NCBI GenBank assembly: GCA_017436125.1
Contig: JAFSDS010000026.1
Location: 862 to 64,861 of the forward strand
Direction: 5' to 3'
Length of the DNA stretch: 64,000 nt
DNA from: Oscillospiraceae bacterium
GTDB taxonomy: Bacteria > Bacillota > Clostridia > Oscillospirales > Ruminococcaceae
The notes beneath the pieces were generated by a model, which saw nothing but the letters and a program-made list of their open reading frames with translations, had not been told where the DNA came from and searched no databases. Made by a program: the position numbers and the translations under genes. Below, one piece after another: positions 41,740-51,448 of this stretch. Position 1 is the first letter of the stretch. Every line of letters starts with the position of its first letter.

Positions 41740-42750
41740 TCAGATTTTGTTTTCTTTTTTAAGCCATGCAACTTCGTCCTTAACAGTCTCTGCGCAGGGA
41801 CGGGTGGTATAGCCGAGTTCCTCTTTTGCCTTGCTGTAGTCAAAAGTGTTGTTTCTTGCAAGGTTATAAACGGAGAAGGTGGTCATAAGAGCCTTTTTGC
41901 CGCTTTTCTTTGCGTGCCATTCAGCAAGTTTTCCAAAAGTATAGGCAAGTTTTATAGGAAGGAACATTTTGATGGGTTTGCATCCGCTTTCCGCAACGAT
42001 TATTTTGCAGAATTCTTTAAAAGTGATCTCTGCGTTTGCAAGGATATAGCATTCGCCGTCGCGGCCTTTTTCCGCAGCAAGGATAGTTCCGTTTGCAAGG
42101 TCGCGAACGTCGGAAAGGTTAAAGGAACCGTCGATGCCGGCGGGCATTTCGCCTTTGATGATTTTGATAAGAGTGCCGGTGGTTTCGCTTATGGAGAAGT
42201 CCTCCGGACCGAGAATGCCGCTGGGATGGACAACGCAGGCATGAAGTCCGCGCTCTTTGCATGCGTCAAGAACATGCTGGGTGGCTTCTGCCTTGGTCTG
42301 GCTGTAACAGTCGATAAGTTTTTCCGGATGGAACTGGGTAACTTCTTTGATGGTAGTGCCTTTGGGAAGTTCCGGGATAGCGCCGGTGGAGCTGCAGTGA
42401 ACAAGTTTTACACATTCCGGATGAGCAAGAACGGCGTCGATGATATTATCGGTTCCGCCGACGTTTACGTCAACAACCTTCTGGTTGTATTCGGGGTCAA
42501 CGGTTACGATGCTTGCGATATGAAGGCAAACGGTTTCGATGCCTTCGGGAACGGTAAAGAATTTTTCAACGGATTCTTTGTCGCAAAGGTCGCCGTAAAC
42601 GATTTCAACCTCTTCGGGAAGATATTTTGCTGCAGGGTCATTGGGAAGTACAAAACCGCGTACTTTTTCACCTTTTGTAACAAGCTGGCGGCAGATGGTG
42701 CTTCCAAGGAATCCAGCGGCACCGGTTACAAGATAAATTTTGTTATCCAT
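41740..42750 (-). CDS. NAD(P)-dependent epimerase/dehydratase-family SDR (dihydroflavonol-reductase-like)
   Basis: GGAGG upstream. IYLVTGAAGFLGSTICRQL Rossmann motif and YSQTK catalytic motif. Confidence 0.85.
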   Translation of the reverse strand: MDNKIYLVTGAAGFLGSTICRQLVTKGEKVRGFVLPNDPAAKYLPEEVEIVYGDLCDKESVEKFFTVPEGIETVCLHIASIVTVDPEYNQKVVDVNVGGTDNIIDAVLAHPECVKLVHCSSTGAIPELPKGTTIKEVTQFHPEKLIDCYSQTKAEATQHVLDACKERGLHACVVHPSGILGPEDFSISETTGTLIKIIKGEMPAGIDGSFNLSDVRDLANGTILAAEKGRDGECYILANAEITFKEFCKIIVAESGCKPIKMFLPIKLAYTFGKLAEWHAKKSGKKALMTTFSVYNLARNNTFDYSKAKEELGYTTRPCAETVKDEVAWLKKENKI

Positions 42751-42881
42751 TTTGTTTCCTCCTTTTGATATGACTCAAACCATGTTCCGAAAGTCTTCGG
42801 GACTTTGACATGTTAAGAATATCACAAGCAAAAGAGGAAAAAACATCAAAAATCAACAAAGTGTTGGAATAATAAAATAAA

Positions 42882-42912
42882 CAAAAAAACGGCAGGTCTT
42901 TCGACCTGCCGG
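42882..42912 (-). terminator. Orphan minus-strand rho-independent terminator
   Basis: cggcaggtc-gaaa-gacctgccg followed by T7 when read on the minus strand. No annotated minus-strand gene ends here. Confidence 0.6.
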
Positions 42913-43146
42913 ATTTCAAGCTGTTAGAATTGCTCGGAAACTAACATCTTTTGCTCTTTTTTGCTCTAGTTATATAATACCCGTCGTTTATGATGAGTTT
43001 GTGATGATATTTTTTCACTTTGGTTACAATATAAAACCAGTTTGGTTAAACTTTTTCCTTAAAATGTTACAAAAAGTGTATCATGCCTGATTCTGAAAAA
43101 TGTTGAGGTATCGGATAGACACAAAGATGATCCGGGGTATATTATG

Positions 43147-43175
43147 TTGACTTATTTTCAATAATATAGTATAAT
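43147..43175 (+). promoter_or_regulatory. Sigma-A promoter TTGACT-17-TATAAT of the uvrBA operon
   Basis: Hexamers at 43147-43152 and 43170-43175. Confidence 0.7.
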
Positions 43176-43190
43176 GAAGGGTACTAAAAA

Positions 43191-43202
43191 GAACAAATGT
43201 TC
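43191..43202 (+). promoter_or_regulatory. LexA (Cheo-type SOS) box GAAC-N4-GTTC
   Basis: aGAACAAATGTTCa lies 16 nt downstream of the -10 and 25 nt upstream of the uvrB start. Confidence 0.7.
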
Positions 43203-43226
43203 ATATGACGAAAGGGGGGCGGAAAA

Positions 43227-45239
43227 GTGGATTTTAAGCTTGTTTCACCGTTCAAACCGACAGGCGACCAGCCGGAAGCCATTGAAAAGCTTGTTGAAGG
43301 CATAAACCGCGGCGACAGGGAACAGACCCTTTTGGGCATAACCGGCTCCGGTAAAACCTTTACCATGGCAAACGTCATTGAAAAGATAAACCGCCCGACC
43401 ATAGTTCTTTCCCATAACAAGACCCTTGCCGCCCAGCTTTGCAGTGAATTCAAGGAGTTTTTTCCGGATAACAGCGTTGAATATTTTGTATCCTATTATG
43501 ATTATTATCAGCCGGAGGCATATATCGCTTCAACTGATACCTATATCGAAAAAACAAGCGATATCAACGACGAGATAGAAAAACTCCGCCATTCCGCAAC
43601 GGCAGCTCTTTCTGAAAGAAGGGACGTTATCATAGTCGCTTCCGTTTCCTGCATCTATACCCTCGGCGACCCGATAGATTACCGAACCATGGTGCTTTCG
43701 CTCCGTCCGGGAATGCAAAAAGACAGGGACGACGTTATAAACCAGCTTGTCAATATGCAGTATGAGCGCAACGACATGAACCTTGTTCGCAACAAGTTCC
43801 GGGTAAGGGGAGATGTTATTGAAATTTGTCCCGCATATTCCGATGATAAAGTCATAAGGGTCGAATTCTTTGGTGACGAAGTTGACCGCATAACGGAGAT
43901 ACAGGCAGTAACAGGCGAGGTAAAAGGCGTTTTGAGCCATGCTTCTATCTATCCCGCATCACACTATATTGTTCCAAAGGATAAAATGCTCAAGGCTGTT
44001 GATGAGATACGCGAGGAATGCGAGGAACGTGTAAAATATTTTAAAGAAAAAGGCAAGCTTATTGAAGCACAGCGCATTGAGGAACGCACAAACTATGATA
44101 TGGAAATGCTGACGGAAGTCGGCTTCTGCAAAGGTATTGAAAACTATTCCCGTGTTCTTTCGGGAAGAGCCCCGGGCTCCTGTCCAACAACGCTTCTTGA
44201 CTATTTTCCGGAAGATTTCGTTCTTTTCATAGATGAAAGCCACGTAACCCTTCCCCAGGTAAGGGCAATGTCCGGCGGCGACCGCTCAAGAAAAGAAAAT
44301 CTTATCGAATACGGTTTCCGTCTGCCTTCGGCTTTGGATAACCGCCCTCTTACTTTTGAAGAGTTCGATAGCAAGCTTAACCAGATAATCTACGTCAGCG
44401 CGACCCCGGGCCAGTTTGAAAAGGACCGCAGCACCCAGCAGGTTGAACAGGTCATCCGACCAACGGGCCTTCTGGATCCGGAAATAAGCGTGCGTCCCGT
44501 TGAGGGCCAGATCGAAGACCTTCTTTCGGAGATAAATATGCGTGTTGAAAAAGGTGAACGCACCCTTATCACCACCCTAACAAAGAAAATGGCGGAGAAC
44601 CTTACGGATTATCTCATCCAGATGGGCGTAAAGGTACGCTATATGCACCACGATATCGATACCATTGAGAGAATGGAAATAATCCGCGATCTTCGCCTTG
44701 GCGAATTTGACGTTCTTTGCGGAATAAACCTCCTGCGCGAAGGTCTTGATATCCCGGAAGTAAGCCTTGTTGCAATTCTCGATGCGGATAAAGAGGGCTT
44801 TCTTAGAAGCGAAACCTCCCTTATCCAGACCATCGGACGAGCCGCCAGAAACGCGGAAGGCAAGGTCATCATGTATGCGGATACCGTTACGGACAGCATG
44901 GAAAAAGCCATTAGCGAAACGGAACGCAGAAGAAAAATACAGGATGCCTATAACAAGGAACACGGCATAATTCCAAAAACGATCAAAAAGGACGTCCGCG
45001 ATATTATCGAGATATCCAGTCATAAGGACGACGAAAAAGGCGGAAAACGCCGCATGAGCTATAAAGAAACCGAAGAGGAGATCAAGCGCCTTACCAACGA
45101 AATGAAGGCCGCTTCAAAGATCCTTGAATTTGAGCACGCGGCATATCTCCGCGACAGAATAAAGAAACTCCGGGAACAAATGGAGGATACAGTATATGAA
45201 TCAAAGTTCCATCGTCATAAAGGGAGCAAGGGAACATAA
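43227..45239 (+). CDS. uvrB: Excinuclease ABC subunit B
   Basis: GTG start after [29 protein letters not shown]-terminal UVR motif ([12 protein letters not shown]). Confidence 0.97.
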   Translation: MDFKLVSPFKPTGDQPEAIEKLVEGINRGDREQTLLGITGSGKTFTMANVIEKINRPTIVLSHNKTLAAQLCSEFKEFFPDNSVEYFVSYYDYYQPEAYIASTDTYIEKTSDINDEIEKLRHSATAALSERRDVIIVASVSCIYTLGDPIDYRTMVLSLRPGMQKDRDDVINQLVNMQYERNDMNLVRNKFRVRGDVIEICPAYSDDKVIRVEFFGDEVDRITEIQAVTGEVKGVLSHASIYPASHYIVPKDKMLKAVDEIREECEERVKYFKEKGKLIEAQRIEERTNYDMEMLTEVGFCKGIENYSRVLSGRAPGSCPTTLLDYFPEDFVLFIDESHVTLPQVRAMSGGDRSRKENLIEYGFRLPSALDNRPLTFEEFDSKLNQIIYVSATPGQFEKDRSTQQVEQVIRPTGLLDPEISVRPVEGQIEDLLSEINMRVEKGERTLITTLTKKMAENLTDYLIQMGVKVRYMHHDIDTIERMEIIRDLRLGEFDVLCGINLLREGLDIPEVSLVAILDADKEGFLRSETSLIQTIGRAARNAEGKVIMYADTVTDSMEKAISETERRRKIQDAYNKEHGIIPKTIKKDVRDIIEISSHKDDEKGGKRRMSYKETEEEIKRLTNEMKAASKILEFEHAAYLRDRIKKLREQMEDTVYESKFHRHKGSKGT

Positions 45240-48027
45240 CCTTAAAAATATAGATGTTGAGATTCCAAGGGACAAGCTTGTTGTTTTTACGGGGCTTTCC
45301 GGCTCCGGAAAAAGCTCCCTTGCTTTTGATACGATCTATGCGGACGGTCAGCGCCGCTATATGGAAAGCCTTTCTTCCTATGCAAGAATGTTTCTCGGCA
45401 TGATGGAAAAGCCGGACGTGGATTCTATTGACGGACTTTCTCCGGCAATTTCAATCGACCAGAAAAACACCAGCAAAAACCCCCGTTCAACCGTGGGCAC
45501 CGTTACGGAGATATATGACTATCTCCGTCTGCTCTATGCAAGGATCGGTGTTCCGCACTGCCCTGTTTGCGGAAGAGAGATAAAACAGCAGACCATCGAC
45601 CAGATAGTCGATCAGGTGATGGAGCTTCCTGCCGGAACAAAGATCCAGCTTATGGCTCCGATAATCCGCGGAAGAAAGGGAGAATATGTAAAGGAACTTG
45701 AAGCCGCAAGAAAAAGCGGTTTTGTTCGCGTGCGCATTGACGGAAGCATATATGACCTTTCGGAAGAGATAAAACTTGAAAAAAACAAAAAACACACCAT
45801 TGAGATAATAGTTGACCGCCTTGTTGTAAAGCCGGAAGTTAAATCCCGTCTTTCGGATTCGCTTGAAACCGTTATGCAGCAAAGCGGCGGCCTTGCGGTT
45901 GTAAACATTATCGACGGCGAGGATCTTATGTTTTCACAGAATTACGCCTGCCCTGATCACGGCGCCGCCATTGACGAACTTTCGCCAAGAATGTTTTCTT
46001 TCAACAATCCTTTCGGCGCCTGTGAAAAATGTACCGGTCTCGGTGTATTCATGCAGGTGGATCCGGACCTTGTTCTTCCGAACAAGAATCTTTCCATCCG
46101 CGAAGGCGCTATCCATGCCTCCGGCTGGTATTATTATGAGGGCGGCATCGCAACCAACTATTACGAAGCCCTTGCAAAGGAATATGATTTTTCCCTCGAT
46201 ACCCCGGTAAAAGATCTTCCGAAATCCGTTATTGACATTCTTCTTTACGGAAGCAAGGGCAAAAAGCTTATGGTCAAGCGCGAGAGCAACAGTATGCACG
46301 GTTATTTCCAGAGCGAATTTGAGGGTATTATCAACAACATGGAACGCCGCTTCCGCGAAACGAACAGTGAATGGGTAAAGGAGGAAATCGCCCTTCAGAT
46401 GCGTTCCGTTGACTGTCCTGAATGTTATGGCGAAAGATTAAAGCCCATTTCACTCGGAGTAACCGTTTGCGGAAAGAACATAAGCGACTTTACAAAGATG
46501 TCCGTTAAGGAAGCTCTTGATTTTGTTGAAAACATGCAGCTTACCGAGCGCGAAAAGATGATATCCTATCTTATTATCAAAGAGATAAAATCCCGCCTCG
46601 GCTTCCTTAAAAACGTTGGACTTGAATATCTTACCCTTTCAAGAAGCGCAACGACCCTTTCCGGCGGCGAAGCCCAGCGAATCCGCCTTGCCACCCAGAT
46701 AGGTTCTTCCCTTATGGGAGTTCTTTATATCCTTGATGAGCCGAGCATCGGCCTTCACCAGCGCGATAACGAAAAACTTATCGGAACTTTGCACCACCTT
46801 CGTGACCTTGGCAACACCGTAATAGTTGTTGAGCACGATACGGATACCATGTTCGCCGCGGACCATATCGTTGATATCGGCCCGGGAGCGGGTATCCACG
46901 GCGGAAATATCGTATGCTCCGGAACGGTCGAGGATATTATGGCCTGTCCGGATTCAATAACCGGCGCATATCTTTCCGGAAGAAAGAAGATAGAAATTCC
47001 CGAAAATAGAAGGGAAGGCAACGGAAAAAGCATTGTTGTTCGCGGCGCAAGGGAAAACAACCTTAAAAACCTCGACGTTGAGTTCCCACTTGGAAAATTT
47101 GTTGTTGTAACCGGTGTTTCCGGTTCCGGAAAAAGCTCCCTTGTCAACGAAATTCTTTACAAAACACTTGCCCGGGACCTTAACCGAGCAAAATGCATTC
47201 CCGGTCACTGTGACGGAGTTGATGGTGAGGAATACCTTGATAAAGTTATCTGCATCGACCAGTCGCCCATCGGAAGAACGCCCCGTTCCAACCCGGCAAC
47301 CTATACCGGAGTTTTCACCGATATCCGCAACCTTTTTGCGGAAACGGCGGAATCCAAGGCAAGAGGATACAGCGCAAGCCGCTATTCCTTCAATGTTCGC
47401 GGCGGACGCTGCGAAGCCTGTGAGGGCGACGGTATAATCGAAATCGAGATGCACTTCCTTCCGAATATTTTTGTTCCCTGCGAAGTATGTAAGGGAAAGC
47501 GCTATAACCGCGAAACCCTTGAAGTGCATTATAAAGGCAAAAATATCAGCGATATTCTCAATATGACAGTTGAGGAAGCGCTTTTGTTCTTTGATAATGT
47601 CCCGAAAATCAAACGCAAGATACAGGTTTTGCAGGATGTCGGCCTTGGCTATGTAACCCTTGGCCAGGCAGCAACGACACTTTCCGGCGGCGAAGCACAG
47701 CGAGTAAAACTTGCAACGGAGCTTGCAAAACGCCCCACCGGAAAAACGGTATATATTCTTGACGAACCGACAACCGGACTTCATACCGCGGACGTTCATA
47801 AGCTTATTGAAGTTCTTCAAAAGCTTGTTGACGGCGGAAACACCGTTATCTTAATTGAGCACAACCTTGATGTTATAAAGGTTGCGGACCATATAATCGA
47901 CCTTGGTCCGGAAGGCGGCGACGGAGGCGGTACTCTTGTTGTTGCGGGAACTCCGGAAGAAGTTGCCGCATGCGAAGAATCCTATACCGGTCAGTTCCTT
48001 AAACCCATTCTTGAAAAGAAACTTTAA
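45196..48027 (+). CDS. uvrA: Excinuclease ABC subunit A
   Basis: [37 protein letters not shown]. Two ABC modules and zinc-finger Cys clusters. Overlaps uvrB by 44 nt. Confidence 0.97.
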   Translation: MNQSSIVIKGAREHNLKNIDVEIPRDKLVVFTGLSGSGKSSLAFDTIYADGQRRYMESLSSYARMFLGMMEKPDVDSIDGLSPAISIDQKNTSKNPRSTVGTVTEIYDYLRLLYARIGVPHCPVCGREIKQQTIDQIVDQVMELPAGTKIQLMAPIIRGRKGEYVKELEAARKSGFVRVRIDGSIYDLSEEIKLEKNKKHTIEIIVDRLVVKPEVKSRLSDSLETVMQQSGGLAVVNIIDGEDLMFSQNYACPDHGAAIDELSPRMFSFNNPFGACEKCTGLGVFMQVDPDLVLPNKNLSIREGAIHASGWYYYEGGIATNYYEALAKEYDFSLDTPVKDLPKSVIDILLYGSKGKKLMVKRESNSMHGYFQSEFEGIINNMERRFRETNSEWVKEEIALQMRSVDCPECYGERLKPISLGVTVCGKNISDFTKMSVKEALDFVENMQLTEREKMISYLIIKEIKSRLGFLKNVGLEYLTLSRSATTLSGGEAQRIRLATQIGSSLMGVLYILDEPSIGLHQRDNEKLIGTLHHLRDLGNTVIVVEHDTDTMFAADHIVDIGPGAGIHGGNIVCSGTVEDIMACPDSITGAYLSGRKKIEIPENRREGNGKSIVVRGARENNLKNLDVEFPLGKFVVVTGVSGSGKSSLVNEILYKTLARDLNRAKCIPGHCDGVDGEEYLDKVICIDQSPIGRTPRSNPATYTGVFTDIRNLFAETAESKARGYSASRYSFNVRGGRCEACEGDGIIEIEMHFLPNIFVPCEVCKGKRYNRETLEVHYKGKNISDILNMTVEEALLFFDNVPKIKRKIQVLQDVGLGYVTLGQAATTLSGGEAQRVKLATELAKRPTGKTVYILDEPTTGLHTADVHKLIEVLQKLVDGGNTVILIEHNLDVIKVADHIIDLGPEGGDGGGTLVVAGTPEEVAACEESYTGQFLKPILEKKL

Positions 48028-48037
48028 CGGAGGAAAA

Positions 48038-48634
48038 ATGATTCTTTATCACGGCAGCAGTACCTTTGGAATAGAAACCCTCGAACCCCGTCTTGCGGAC
48101 CACGAAAGACCGTATATTTATATGTCAACGCTTGAAATAGTTGCGGGTTTTTATATGGTGAACGCGGTCGAAAGACCTTATTATTGGTTTCCATACGGTT
48201 TTGGCTCCGACGGAAAAGTTGAATATGATGAGCTTTATCCCGATGCTCTTCGCGAAGTTTCCGAAGGAAAAAGCGGATGTATATATGTGGTTGAAGCGGA
48301 TGAAAAAGACGTTTTGCCATTTAAAAATATCCCCTGCGCAAGACTTGGAACTGTTCCGATGAAAGTTAAAAAATGTATAGAGATACAAAACTGCTATGAA
48401 TGGTTTCTCGAGCAGGAAAAGCTTGGAAAATTCAGGGTGCGCCGCTATGAAGATAAATCCGAAAAAGAACTTCTTTGGTGGAACAGCAGGATTTTAAGTT
48501 ATATAGACGAAAAAGAAATGATAAGAACCCCGGACTGTTCCTATGCGAAATTTGTAAAGAAAAAATTTCCAAAGGTTTGGGAAGATTATGAAAAACTTTG
48601 TGCCGAAAAGGCTTTTAAGGAGGAAAAACTATGA
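48038..48634 (+). CDS. Hypothetical protein, paralog 1 (198 aa), co-transcribed with uvrBA
   Basis: GGAGGA lies 6 nt upstream of ATG 48038, which is 10 nt after the uvrA stop. Starts MILYHGS. No family recognised with confidence. Confidence 0.7.
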   Translation: MILYHGSSTFGIETLEPRLADHERPYIYMSTLEIVAGFYMVNAVERPYYWFPYGFGSDGKVEYDELYPDALREVSEGKSGCIYVVEADEKDVLPFKNIPCARLGTVPMKVKKCIEIQNCYEWFLEQEKLGKFRVRRYEDKSEKELLWWNSRILSYIDEKEMIRTPDCSYAKFVKKKFPKVWEDYEKLCAEKAFKEEKL

Positions 48635-49185
48635 TTTTTTATTGCCCAAGTGAGGTTCCGGGTCTTGAAAAAATAGCCCCCGGCGAAAATATCCTTATGA
48701 GCGATTCGAAAATAATCGCGGCTTTCTGCCTTGCAAATCCTCTTGAAAAGCCCTGGAACTGGTTCCCCTGCGACTTTGGTTCCGACGGTACCGTTCAGTA
48801 TCAGGAACTTTATCCAAATGCGTTTAAAGAATGTACCGAAGGAAAAAAAGGCTATATCTATGTTGCCGAAGGTGAGGAGGCTTCTGCAGAAGCTTCCGGC
48901 GAGCTTGTTTCTGTTTTTGTTCCTAAAAACGAGCTTGTGGTAAAGGAAGTCATCGGGATAGAAGACCTTTACGAATGGCTTATGGAGGAAGAGGATATGG
49001 GAAGATTCCGCCTTTATCCTTTTGAAGAGAAAACAAGGCAGGAGATCCTTCTTTGGGATAACTCCATTCTTCGTTATCTTTCAAAATACAAAATGATAGA
49101 AAATCCGGATTGTCCCTATGCAAAGTTTGTTCGCGAAAAACTTCCGAACGCATGGGCAAAATATGAAAAACTTTGCGGAAAATAA
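48631..49185 (+). CDS. Hypothetical protein, paralog 2 (184 aa)
   Basis: ATGA overlap with paralog 1. Shares WFP..FGSDG.V.Y.ELYP...EGK.G.IYV.E, YEW, PDC.YAKFV, YEKLC blocks with paralog 1. Confidence 0.7.
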   Translation: MIFYCPSEVPGLEKIAPGENILMSDSKIIAAFCLANPLEKPWNWFPCDFGSDGTVQYQELYPNAFKECTEGKKGYIYVAEGEEASAEASGELVSVFVPKNELVVKEVIGIEDLYEWLMEEEDMGRFRLYPFEEKTRQEILLWDNSILRYLSKYKMIENPDCPYAKFVREKLPNAWAKYEKLCGK

Positions 49186-49186
49186 T

Positions 49187-49225
49187 AAAAGCCCCCGAAA
49201 AAGCTGATTCGGGGGCCTTTTTTTG
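49187..49225 (+). terminator. Rho-independent terminator ending the uvrBA-extended operon
   Basis: gcccccgaa-(8-nt loop)-ttcgggggc followed by T7. Confidence 0.85.
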
Positions 49226-49308
49226 AATTTTTTTCAATAAAACTATATTAAAAAAGCTGAAAATATGTTATGATAAATTATCAATACATACTAAAAGGAG
49301 AGATCTCC

Positions 49309-50079
49309 ATGGCTGAACAGGCAATTTTCAAAAGTCAGACATTCGGCGGCTTTAATAAGGAAGAGGTCCTTAAATATATCGATAAAATGAGTGCGGAACA
49401 TTCCGAGGAGCAGGATAAAGCAAATGCGGAAATAATTTCTCTTAATTCCGAACTTTCTGAAAAAAACGCAAAACTTTCCGAAACAGAAGAAAAACTGGAT
49501 TCTCTCCAGAAAAAATATGACGAAATAATGGAAGCTTATGAGGAGCTTCGCCAGCATTATCTTATGCTCAAGGAGCACAGCGACAATATTGATGAGGAAA
49601 ACGAAAAACTTTCCGCACGTCTTGAAAAGACCGCAAAAGAGCTTGAGATCGAAAAGGAACTTAACCGCCAGCTTGAGGATAAACTTGAGGCAGAGGCACA
49701 GAAAGCGGATGAACGCGCCGCCCAGGAAAGACGCATTGCGGCAGCTATCGACGATGCAAACGACTCCACAAAGCTTATGCTTGCGACCGCAAAAACCGGA
49801 GCACAGAACATCATTGCAGAAGCACAAAGTTCCGCAGAGAGCATCAATGCCGAAATTGACGGCTTCAGAAGCGAACTTGAAAAAACCAAAAACTTTATGG
49901 AAGATTCCCTTGCTGTTCTCATTCAGCGCCTTGAATATATCGGAAAAACCGCCGAAGAAGCAAAACTCCCTTCCGAAGAACGCGGAAATAAGGTAAGCGA
50001 GATCCAGAAAAGATACGAAGATCTTGTTTCCGAAGCGGATATGAGGACCTCGGCCCTCAAAAGCAGATTTTTTCGTTGA
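49309..50079 (+). CDS. DivIVA-domain-like coiled-coil protein (possibly truncated by frameshift)
   Basis: AAAGGAGAG RBS. N-terminal FKSQTFGGFNKEEVLKYIDKM resembles the DivIVA N-terminal motif, followed by long coiled coils. See the 3' continuation at 50045-50266. Confidence 0.75.
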   Translation: MAEQAIFKSQTFGGFNKEEVLKYIDKMSAEHSEEQDKANAEIISLNSELSEKNAKLSETEEKLDSLQKKYDEIMEAYEELRQHYLMLKEHSDNIDEENEKLSARLEKTAKELEIEKELNRQLEDKLEAEAQKADERAAQERRIAAAIDDANDSTKLMLATAKTGAQNIIAEAQSSAESINAEIDGFRSELEKTKNFMEDSLAVLIQRLEYIGKTAEEAKLPSEERGNKVSEIQKRYEDLVSEADMRTSALKSRFFR

Positions 50080-50266
50080 GCCGCCAAAAAAAACTTCGGC
50101 AGTCGCAGCCGAAAAAGTAAAAGGCGGCGGGACTAAAAGCCCTCCACCAAGGCAAGCGGAAATAATAAAGCGGCCGCCAACGGCTATCCGCCAAAGACCG
50201 CAAAAACATCAGTCCTTTGCCGACGGGGTGAAGAGCCTGCTCAAAGCGATAAAAAGAATGTTATAA
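50045..50266 (+). other. Start-less +1-frame continuation of the DivIVA-like gene (candidate frameshifted 3' part)
   Basis: Frame open 50045-50263 with no ATG/GTG/TTG before 50228. Overlaps a T6 run (50068-50073). Stop at 50264-50266 lies 8 nt before the terminator hairpin. Confidence 0.5.
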
Positions 50267-50269
50267 ACC

Positions 50270-50305
50270 TTTTTCTGACCGGAATTTTTCCGGTCAGAAT
50301 TTTTA
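50270..50305 (+). terminator. Rho-independent terminator
   Basis: ctgaccgga-atttt-tccggtcag followed by aattttt. Confidence 0.75.
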
Positions 50306-50323
50306 ACCATAAGGAGAAAATCA

Positions 50324-51448
50324 GTGGAAAAACTTAAAATATCCTGTCCCTGCCTTTTGGGACTTGAAAGCGTGCTAACCGGCGAAATGAAACGCATGGG
50401 AGCACAGAATATCGTTGCGGAGGATGGCCGCGTTACCTTTGAGGGAACTTTTGAAGATGCCGCCGCCGCAAACCTTCGCCTTCGCACTGCAGAACGAGTT
50501 CAGATAATTGTTGCGGAGTTTGAGGCAAGAAGCTATGAGGAACTCTTCCAGGGCACTCTTGCGGCCCCCTGGGAGGAGTTTATCGGAAGAAAGGATGCGT
50601 TCCCGGTAAAAGGCAGAACGGTCCGCAGCCAGCTTTACAGCATGTCCGACTGCCAATCCATTATCAAGAAAGCAATTTGCAAACATCTTGAGGGCGTTTA
50701 TCACCAGAGCTGGTTCGATGAAACAGGTTCAACCATCCAGGTCCAGTTTATGATCCTTAAAGATAAAGTCCGCCTTATGCTCGATACTTCCGGCACCGGA
50801 CTTCATAAACGCGGATACCGCAAAAATTCCGTTGCGGCACCTATTAAGGAGACCATCGCCGCGGGTATTGCGGACCTTGCCCATATCTATCCGGACAGCG
50901 TTGTCTGTGACCCAATGTGCGGTTCCGGAACACTGCTCATCGAATCCGCCCTCAAGGCGCTCAATATCGCTCCGGGCCTTAACCGCCATTTTGCCGCGGA
51001 ACAGTGGGGCTGCTGGCCTTCCGAAACATGGCAGCATCAGCGCAGCGCATGCCTTGATGAGATCCGCCATGATACAACCTTTGTCGGTTACGGCTCCGAT
51101 ATCGACCCGGAAGCGGTCCGTCTTTCCATCGAAAATGCAAATAACGCCGGCGTTGGTTCAAAGCTCCATTTTGAGCAGCGCAACATGAAGGACTTTGTTT
51201 TCCCGGAAGCGGAAAAGAAGCTTATCGTTCTCTGCAATCCGCCCTATGGCGAACGCCTGCTCGATATCAAGGAAGCGGAAGAACTTTACAGAAGCCTCGG
51301 CAAAGTGCTCACCATGGACGAGGGAAGAAGCTTTGCGATAATTTCTCCCCATGAGGAATTTGAAAGCCTTTTCGGCAAAAAAGCTGATAAAAGAAGAAAA
51401 CTTTATAACGGCATGATCAAATGCCAGCTTTATATGTACTATAAATGA
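50324..51448 (+). CDS. THUMP-domain class I SAM-dependent RNA methyltransferase (YpsC/RlmL-N-like)
   Basis: GTG start after AAGGAGA. THUMP N-terminus, DPMCGSGTLLIE, NPPYGERL. Confidence 0.85.
   Translation: MEKLKISCPCLLGLESVLTGEMKRMGAQNIVAEDGRVTFEGTFEDAAAANLRLRTAERVQIIVAEFEARSYEELFQGTLAAPWEEFIGRKDAFPVKGRTVRSQLYSMSDCQSIIKKAICKHLEGVYHQSWFDETGSTIQVQFMILKDKVRLMLDTSGTGLHKRGYRKNSVAAPIKETIAAGIADLAHIYPDSVVCDPMCGSGTLLIESALKALNIAPGLNRHFAAEQWGCWPSETWQHQRSACLDEIRHDTTFVGYGSDIDPEAVRLSIENANNAGVGSKLHFEQRNMKDFVFPEAEKKLIVLCNPPYGERLLDIKEAEELYRSLGKVLTMDEGRSFAIISPHEEFESLFGKKADKRRKLYNGMIKCQLYMYYK

Noticed and set aside
41644-42768. 374-aa plus-strand ORF
   Set aside because: The opposite strand encodes an SDR with a canonical GAAGFLGS Rossmann motif, a YxxxK motif, an RBS and a terminator. 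The plus-strand translation is low-complexity.
42941-43018. 25-codon GTG ORF on the minus strand (VKKYHHKLIINDGYYITRAKKSKRC) upstream of the orphan terminator
   Set aside because: It has no Shine-Dalgarno sequence and no convincing promoter. It is too short to evaluate and is kept only as a possibility under the orphan-terminator finding.
50080-50270. GC-rich 190-nt spacer plus terminator as a structured ncRNA (6S or SRP-like)
   Set aside because: I found only short, imperfect complementary segments and no SRP domain-IV or 6S closing-stem signature. A start-less open frame ending 8 nt before the terminator hairpin explains the composition better (see the frameshift finding). An RNA is not formally excluded.
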